Source of the DNA: Candidatus Parcubacteria bacterium
GTDB taxonomy: Bacteria; Patescibacteriota; Minisyncoccia; Phycocordibacterales; UBA2100
Reading direction: 5' to 3'
NCBI GenBank assembly: GCA_003599295.1
Contig: QZJK01000011.1
Location: 13,372 to 77,371 of the forward strand
Length of the DNA: 64,000 nucleotides
Of this stretch, positions 58,116 to 64,000 are shown piece by piece. Position 1 is the first letter of the stretch; each line of letters begins with the position of its first letter. Made by a program: the position numbers and the translations under genes. The notes beneath the pieces are model-generated. The model was not told the origin of the DNA. It worked only from the letters and a program-made list of their open reading frames with translations, and did no database searches.

Positions 58116-60956
58116 CTACTGGTAGAGAGATGCGGGATCGGGTAATCCGGCCGCGGAAAATGCGGAAGGTTCCGGAATCGCTTTCCCATAGCTCGCATCG
58201 AATTTCCTCCGAATCTCCGCCTCGACTTCCTCTCTGTCTTTGCCATACGTGCGATACGACAATTCTTTCAGCGCTCCGACCCCGCTGTAATCCATGTGCG
58301 GAAGGTCTGCGGTCTGTATAGAGAAGGGACGCGCTGGCACACCGTTGACGAGAAGCGAGAGCACGGCGTGTCGGTTCGGCAGGTTTTCCAAATCAGGCGC
58401 CGTGAAAACAGGTTCGAACTGCTTCGCAAGGAATTCCGCGTCCGTTGTTCCCACGCGGAACGCCGCTTTCGTGCCGACGTTCCCCACAACCGCATCGCGT
58501 ATTTTTTCATCAAGCTGCGCGATGAATTGGTGCGCGATGGTGAGCGCTAGCTTATATTTGCGAGCTTCCGAAAGGATGGTGCCGATAGAAGGCGTCGCGA
58601 AGTTCTGGAATTCATCGATATAGAGGTAAAACGTGGGAAGATCGCCGCGCGTATCCACGCGCGAGAACGCGGCCTGCAAGAATTTTGAGACAAGAATAAG
58701 CCCAAGAAGCGACGTGTTTCTGTCGCCGAGGCGCCCTTTTGAGAGGTTCGCAATAAATATCTTCTTATCGTCCATTATCTTGCGGAAATCAAAGGATGAC
58801 TGCTCCTGCGACACGATGGGGCGCATGATGTCATTCGTCAGAAAGACGTCGAATTTCGACGTGATGTAGGGTGCCACGTTCTCGAGAGACGGATCTCCCT
58901 GCGCCTGTTCCGCGATCTTCTTCCAGAACTGCACGATGATGGGATTCTTGCAGTGAGAAAGCTTGAGGTTCCTGAATACCGGGTCGGCGAAGACGCGCGG
59001 TATCTCGACGAACGTGCTGCCGGTATCCGGATCTTCTACAACAAGTTGCACCGCGTTCCTGTAGTACTGCTCGAACATCGGGCCGAACGCTTCCGGGACA
59101 TCAGCGTAGAGTTTTCGGAAGATGCCGTACACTTCATCAACGACGAACGTCTTCATTTCGGGACGCGCCCTGTCATATTCGAGCATGTTGAGTCCCATCG
59201 GCCGCGCAGTATACGCAGGGTCGAAATAGACGACATCGCCCGCGCGTTCAGGTGGAATAGAGGCTAATATATCTTCGATATCGTTCCCGTGCGGGTCAAT
59301 GAACGCGACTCCTTCGCCGTTCTTAATGTCCTGAATTATCATATTCTTGATGAGGCCGGTTTTACCTGTGCCGGTCTGTCCGATGACGTAGCAGTGCCGC
59401 AAGCGATCGCTCGCGCCAAAGTGCACCGTGCGCTCTTCCGCGCCGTAGCGATTGATGCCGACGGTAATGCCCTCTTTCGGCATTTCGACGGGCGCAGGAG
59501 TTTGTTTCGCGAACGAGCGTTTGAGTTCGCGGGAGGTCGTTACGCGCTCCGCCGTGAAGTGGAATATCGAGGTTATCTCGGCAAGCGAGATGGGAATGGC
59601 ATATGCATGGTCGAAAATGCGGAAACTGTAATCGCGGAGGAACGCGGGAATATTCCACTTTGATACTCTCTTGAATACGAGGCTGTTCCCTTTCGGATCA
59701 TCGTACTGGCTAAAAGGGGCGATGAGGTTGTCGAGAAGATCGTCTGCGCGTTTCTTGTCCGGCGCGGACGCGACGAGGCGAATTAAGACCGGTACGACGC
59801 GGCTTTTTACTTTGCGGCCTATCTCTTCGGTCGCGACCTGATCGGGCTGCCGCCTGAACGTACGGTCTTTCTCATCCTGCTTTTGCTTCTCCGACCTGAA
59901 CATCGAATCTGCCATGTCGTAGAACATCTCGCCTATCGCACTTTCCGGGACGTTCAGGGATTTGTGCAGTATCTTTCCCTTCTCAAGACGCCGCAGCATT
60001 TTCTTGTAGTGCTGGTTATATCGCTCCCCTTCGCTCGAGACTGTTAGCTGGAGCGCCGCTCCCTCGCCGTGCTTCGCGATCTTCGCGAACGCCGCGAGAA
60101 GCACGTTCATCGGGTCGTGCTCGAACATTTCAGGCGTCTTCAACGGATAGGCCGGGTGTTCCGAAAGTGTTGCGTACGCAGCCGCATGTTCTCCCTCGGC
60201 GTTAAAGATATTGTAGTCGCCGCGCTCTTCGGATATGCGCGCGTTCGGGAAGACCGACGAGATGAGGCGCTCTGCGAGGTCTTTCTTTTTTCGCGGGACA
60301 GCGAGGTACAAAATCGCCGATTCCGTGCCTTCGGGAACAGCTATTTCAAGAGAGAACCCCTCGTGTGCAGTGATGAGTGATGTGAGCCCCGCATAGAGCT
60401 GTTCGGAAGAAGAGAGGATCTCCTGCAGTTTCATCTGACGCGACTCTTCCTTGCCTCGCTCGCCGTGCGCCTGCGGGTCGATGGTGAAAAGCGTCAGATC
60501 AAGCGCAAGGCGCATCTTCTCCGAGGGCGGGGTGCCGCCTTGCGGGAGGCCTTCCGCGATGTAGCGGACTAAGCAGCGATGAAGGTCGTCCTCTAAATGA
60601 GGATTTTTCATCCGCGCGACCACCGAGAGCGCATTTCGGATACCCTGATTCGCAACGATCTTCAGGAGTTCGTCCATCTGCACGTCGTGAATTTCGGGCT
60701 CGAGCTTCAACACGTTCCGGAGAACGTCGTGTTCCGGCATGACAACGGCCTCATGAAGCACAATCGTGGGATGCGTTTCGGCATAAGCCGCGACTTCCCG
60801 CTTCGCGATGCGGTCCCGCTCGAGCTGGTTCGGCGCTATTTCGAGTTCCTGCTCTTTTTCACGCACGCGCTCGCGCAAGTATGCAAGTTCCTCTTCAGGG
60901 CTCCTGAATTTTTCTTGGGTCGCGGCCTTCGGCCGCTCCATCGCCGATGGAGGCAT
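58116..60956 (-). CDS. VirD4/VirB4/HerA-like P-loop ATPase
   Basis: RHCYVIGQTGTGKT, IDPHG, YIDEFQN, SEARKY, AHQFIAQL. Confidence 0.88.
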   Translation of the reverse strand: MPPSAMERPKAATQEKFRSPEEELAYLRERVREKEQELEIAPNQLERDRIAKREVAAYAETHPTIVLHEAVVMPEHDVLRNVLKLEPEIHDVQMDELLKIVANQGIRNALSVVARMKNPHLEDDLHRCLVRYIAEGLPQGGTPPSEKMRLALDLTLFTIDPQAHGERGKEESRQMKLQEILSSSEQLYAGLTSLITAHEGFSLEIAVPEGTESAILYLAVPRKKKDLAERLISSVFPNARISEERGDYNIFNAEGEHAAAYATLSEHPAYPLKTPEMFEHDPMNVLLAAFAKIAKHGEGAALQLTVSSEGERYNQHYKKMLRRLEKGKILHKSLNVPESAIGEMFYDMADSMFRSEKQKQDEKDRTFRRQPDQVATEEIGRKVKSRVVPVLIRLVASAPDKKRADDLLDNLIAPFSQYDDPKGNSLVFKRVSKWNIPAFLRDYSFRIFDHAYAIPISLAEITSIFHFTAERVTTSRELKRSFAKQTPAPVEMPKEGITVGINRYGAEERTVHFGASDRLRHCYVIGQTGTGKTGLIKNMIIQDIKNGEGVAFIDPHGNDIEDILASIPPERAGDVVYFDPAYTARPMGLNMLEYDRARPEMKTFVVDEVYGIFRKLYADVPEAFGPMFEQYYRNAVQLVVEDPDTGSTFVEIPRVFADPVFRNLKLSHCKNPIIVQFWKKIAEQAQGDPSLENVAPYITSKFDVFLTNDIMRPIVSQEQSSFDFRKIMDDKKIFIANLSKGRLGDRNTSLLGLILVSKFLQAAFSRVDTRGDLPTFYLYIDEFQNFATPSIGTILSEARKYKLALTIAHQFIAQLDEKIRDAVVGNVGTKAAFRVGTTDAEFLAKQFEPVFTAPDLENLPNRHAVLSLLVNGVPARPFSIQTADLPHMDYSGVGALKELSYRTYGKDREEVEAEIRRKFDASYGKAIPEPSAFSAAGLPDPASLYQ

Positions 60957-60968
60957 GGGAAAAGTATA

Positions 60969-62246
60969 TCACTTGCCGGAAAGTGCTTTCGCGCCGATGT
61001 CGCGGCGATAGTACATATTCTCGAAATGGATTTTGCCAACCGCCTCGTATGCTCGCTCAATTGCCTCTTTCAGCGTCGAGCCAGTTGCGGAAACGCTCAA
61101 GACGCGGCCACCGTCGGTCACAAGCTGGCCGTTTACAAGCTTCGTGCCCGCGTGGAACACGATGACATTAGGCACTTTTTCCGCCTCTTCAATGCCCGTA
61201 ATCGGAAGTCCCTTCTTGTATCCATCCGGGTAGCCACCCGATGCGATGATAATGGTCGCCGCAAACTCCTGATCCCACTCCAGATCGAAATCAGCGAGTG
61301 TGCCGTCAATACATGCATTGAAAAGTCCGAACACATCCGATTTCATGAGACGCATGTAAACTTCCGCCTCGGGACATCCGAACCGAGCGTTGAACTCAAG
61401 GACTCTCGGACCTTTCGGCGTCATCATAAGACCTGGATACAGCATACCGACAAGCGGGCTCCCTTTGTCGGCAAGAGTGCGGAGCGCGGGCCGCACCACG
61501 CGCGCTTCAATATCCGCAAGCTGATTCTTAGAGACCCACGAGATGGGGGCGGCAACGCCCATGCCGCCCGTCATTTTTCCGGTGTCGTTCTCGCCTATCG
61601 TTTTATGGTCTTGGGCCGTCGGAAATACGATCGACGTCTTTCCATCCGAAATCGCGTGGATGGAAATTTCTTGCCCGTCCAGAAATTCTTCGATGACTAC
61701 CTTGCTCGCCGTGTTGAGGACATTATCAAGCATGGTCTCCTTGAGAGCTGTTTCCGCTTCCTCCATTGTCATGCATACGTATGCACCTTTGCCGAACACC
61801 ATCCCATCAACCTTAATGACGATTGGCGCGCCTTTTTCGCGAACATAGGCGAGTGCTTCTGCGTGCTCGGTGAATATCTTGAATTCGGCGGTCGGGATGC
61901 CCGCGTCTGCCATCAGTTGTTTTGAGAATGCTTTGGAACTTTCAATTTGCGCTGCGGCTTTCGTCGGACCCCAAATGCGAAGCCCTCTGGCCTGAAAAAC
62001 ATCCACGATGCCTTCACCGAGCGGATTCTCCGGACCCACCACCGTGAGGGATATTTTTTTTTCGATAGCAAACTCGGCAAGTTTCTCGAATTCCATCACG
62101 CCGATGGGGACGTTCTCGGCGACATTCCCGGTGCCGCCGTTCCCCGGCGCAATGTAGACTTTCCCGACGCGCGGTGATTGTTTCAACTTCCATGCTATCG
62201 CATGCTCTCGAGGATAGGTGCCAATTACTAAAACATCCTCCGCCAT
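60969..62246 (-). CDS. purD: Phosphoribosylamine-glycine ligase
   Basis: REHAIAWKL, APGNGG, VGPE, QDHK, TGGMG, EFNARFG, GGRVL. Confidence 0.95.
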   Translation of the reverse strand: MAEDVLVIGTYPREHAIAWKLKQSPRVGKVYIAPGNGGTGNVAENVPIGVMEFEKLAEFAIEKKISLTVVGPENPLGEGIVDVFQARGLRIWGPTKAAAQIESSKAFSKQLMADAGIPTAEFKIFTEHAEALAYVREKGAPIVIKVDGMVFGKGAYVCMTMEEAETALKETMLDNVLNTASKVVIEEFLDGQEISIHAISDGKTSIVFPTAQDHKTIGENDTGKMTGGMGVAAPISWVSKNQLADIEARVVRPALRTLADKGSPLVGMLYPGLMMTPKGPRVLEFNARFGCPEAEVYMRLMKSDVFGLFNACIDGTLADFDLEWDQEFAATIIIASGGYPDGYKKGLPITGIEEAEKVPNVIVFHAGTKLVNGQLVTDGGRVLSVSATGSTLKEAIERAYEAVGKIHFENMYYRRDIGAKALSGK

Positions 62247-62258
62247 TCGCGCATTGTA

Positions 62259-63026
62259 TTACACTTTCGTCAGGATTTCCGGGCCGTTCTTTGTTATCAA
62301 AACCGTATGCTCCGCATGCGCAGTGCGCGAACCGTCTTTCGTGCGATACGAATGGCCGTCTTCATCTATGAAAAGTTCTCCTCCGCCGAGCGTCATCATT
62401 GGCTCGATTGCGATTACCATGCCTTCAACGAGTTTCTCTCCTTTCCCCGGCTCGCCGAAGTTCGGCACATGAGGCTCTTCGTGGACCGCTTTCCCCACCC
62501 CGTGTCCGGAAAGGTTACGGGGAAATCCGAAGTTATATTTTTCAGCGACTTTTTCAACCGCGTAGCCGATGTCACCGGTCGTATTCCCTATCCTCGCTTC
62601 AGCGATACCTGCCTCGAGCGCTTCAAATGTGCCGCGGACAAGTTCTTCGTCTTCGGGAGAACCTTTCCCCGCGATAACAGTGACCGCATGGTCGGTAAAA
62701 AGACCCTTATGTTTTATGCCAAAATCAACGCAGACAACGTCTCCCTCTTGTATGACGGCACCATTTTGGCCGGCCGGCGAATGCACGATAACGTCGTTCA
62801 CCGAGACACAGAGACCAGAAGGAAATCCGTGTTTGTCGCGTTTCGTTCTGTATCCGAAAAAAGCCATTTCGTCGCCGTCGGCCGCAACCATCTCGCGTGC
62901 TTTCTTTTCAAGCTCCGCCGAGTTGATGCCCGGTTTTACCATGCCTGCGAGTGTCCGCACATGACGCGCAAGCCGCCTACCACCTTCACGCAATATGTCT
63001 ATGTCTTTTTGTGTACGGGCTATCAT
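62259..63026 (-). CDS. map: Methionine aminopeptidase I
   Basis: CVSVND..VH, GHGVG..HEEP, AIEPM, AHAEHT. Confidence 0.96.
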   Translation of the reverse strand: MIARTQKDIDILREGGRRLARHVRTLAGMVKPGINSAELEKKAREMVAADGDEMAFFGYRTKRDKHGFPSGLCVSVNDVIVHSPAGQNGAVIQEGDVVCVDFGIKHKGLFTDHAVTVIAGKGSPEDEELVRGTFEALEAGIAEARIGNTTGDIGYAVEKVAEKYNFGFPRNLSGHGVGKAVHEEPHVPNFGEPGKGEKLVEGMVIAIEPMMTLGGGELFIDEDGHSYRTKDGSRTAHAEHTVLITKNGPEILTKV

Positions 63027-63619
63027 TTCGTGATATTGAGTGCCGCCAGGATCTTCGTGTGCACCGTCTCTACATCCCCTTCTCCGTCTATTTCGTTGAT
63101 GGCCCAGCCGAGCGTGCGCAACTCTTCAATTGAAGGAACGACGTGCTCTTCGTACCACTTGAATCTGCTAAGAAGCGCTTCGTCCGTTGCGTCATCGGCA
63201 CGTCCGCGCGCGATGAGGCGCTTTTTCGCCGTTTCTTTTGAGAGCGTCAAGACGATGGCCCGCAGATCTTCACGCTTCCAAAGCCGCATCATGTCGTCTA
63301 CTGCGCGTGATTGGTCGGGCCTGCGGCACGTGCCGTCAAGAATAATATGCTGCGTTCCGTCAAATGAATCGTTTAACACGGTCGTTAACATCCATATCGG
63401 AATGAATGAGGGTACGAGCCCACCTGAATTAACGATCTCTGCTATACGTTTCGCTAAAGAGGTGTCCTTCTGCATGAATTTCCGCAACATATCGCCCATC
63501 TCGGGACGAACGACATCCCGAGCCGGGTCTTTCTCCTTGAGATAATCCTCAAGCAATACGCACTGTGTTCCCTTTCCTGCCCCAGATATACCGAAGAACG
63601 CGACGGTGACGGGATTCAT
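63023..63619 (-). CDS. adk: Adenylate kinase family (short LID)
   Basis: GISGAGKGTQ, GDMLR, GGLVP, ARGRADD. Confidence 0.88.
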   Translation of the reverse strand: MNPVTVAFFGISGAGKGTQCVLLEDYLKEKDPARDVVRPEMGDMLRKFMQKDTSLAKRIAEIVNSGGLVPSFIPIWMLTTVLNDSFDGTQHIILDGTCRRPDQSRAVDDMMRLWKREDLRAIVLTLSKETAKKRLIARGRADDATDEALLSRFKWYEEHVVPSIEELRTLGWAINEIDGEGDVETVHTKILAALNITK

Positions 63620-63624
63620 ACGAT

Positions 63625-64000
63625 TTATTCGAGATTGTAGCCTTCTTTCTTAAGAATTGCCACGACTTCGGCGACGGCCGCATCTAATTTTCCATCCGCA
63701 TTCGTCACCGAATAATCATAGAAAGATCTCTCATCCCTGACTTCAGCTTCGGCATTCGCGCGGCGTTTCGCTATTTCAGCATCGGGAAGCTCTGGATTCC
63801 TCTCACGCACCCGGCGCTCCAGCGCGTCTATGTTCTCCGGAACTATGAAGACTGTCGTCGCACCGTACTCTTTTTTATAGTACCGCGCTCCGACGATGTC
63901 GGGATTGACGATGACGATGCGTCCCGCTTTCAGTTTCTGTTCCAGATCTGGCTTGTACGAGCCGTAGTAGGTATCGCGGTTCGCGATATACGTTGACTCG
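63625..64000 (-). CDS. gmk: Guanylate kinase (3' part; begins outside the window)
   Basis: Manual translation ...DTYYGSYK...DIVGARYYK...VFIVPENIDALERRVRERN...YDYSVTNADGKLD. Confidence 0.85.
   Translation of the reverse strand, partial: ESTYIANRDTYYGSYKPDLEQKLKAGRIVIVNPDIVGARYYKKEYGATTVFIVPENIDALERRVRERNPELPDAEIAKRRANAEAEVRDERSFYDYSVTNADGKLDAAVAEVVAILKKEGYNLE

Noticed and set aside
24508-63545. Long opposite-strand ORFs (e.g. 24508-25917, 27030-28271, 48520-49611, 60597-61925, 62307-63545)
   Set aside because: All overlap well-supported genes on the other strand and lack recognisable motifs; expected in GC-rich DNA.

Overview
This is a 64-kb chromosomal segment of a reduced-genome bacterium, most likely Patescibacteria/CPR (Parcubacteria-like). 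That call is an inference from the complete type IV pilus locus, orphan biosynthetic genes, shortened RF2, tRNA-Ile(UAU) and long tmRNA tag. Most of the window is housekeeping: pyrG, ftsEX, prfB, gatAC, ligA, the pil cluster, comF, recG, pyrC, ftsH, smpB/tmRNA, thrC, infC-rpmI-rplT, ndk, purD, map, adk, gmk and nine tRNAs. Two unusual systems stand out. (1) A ~4.5-kb element is integrated at the 3' end of tRNA-Glu (2792-7263). Its large serine recombinase gene appears split by its own att site, with an in-frame alternative C-terminus at the far end of the element. It carries a terminase-small-subunit-like gene and two unannotated, strongly structured RNAs, but no replication or capsid genes. 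(2) Families of short non-coding elements flank several tRNAs. Each contains direct and inverted copies of the end of its own tRNA around a structured core, both downstream (Thr, Asp, fMet, Ser) and upstream (Asp, Met). Also notable are an FMN riboswitch controlling a DMT transporter, polyglycine-domain minor pilins, a 6S-like RNA, a palindrome inserted in frame in pyrC, and pervasive leaderless-type promoters. All calls were made by eye; no database searches were run.
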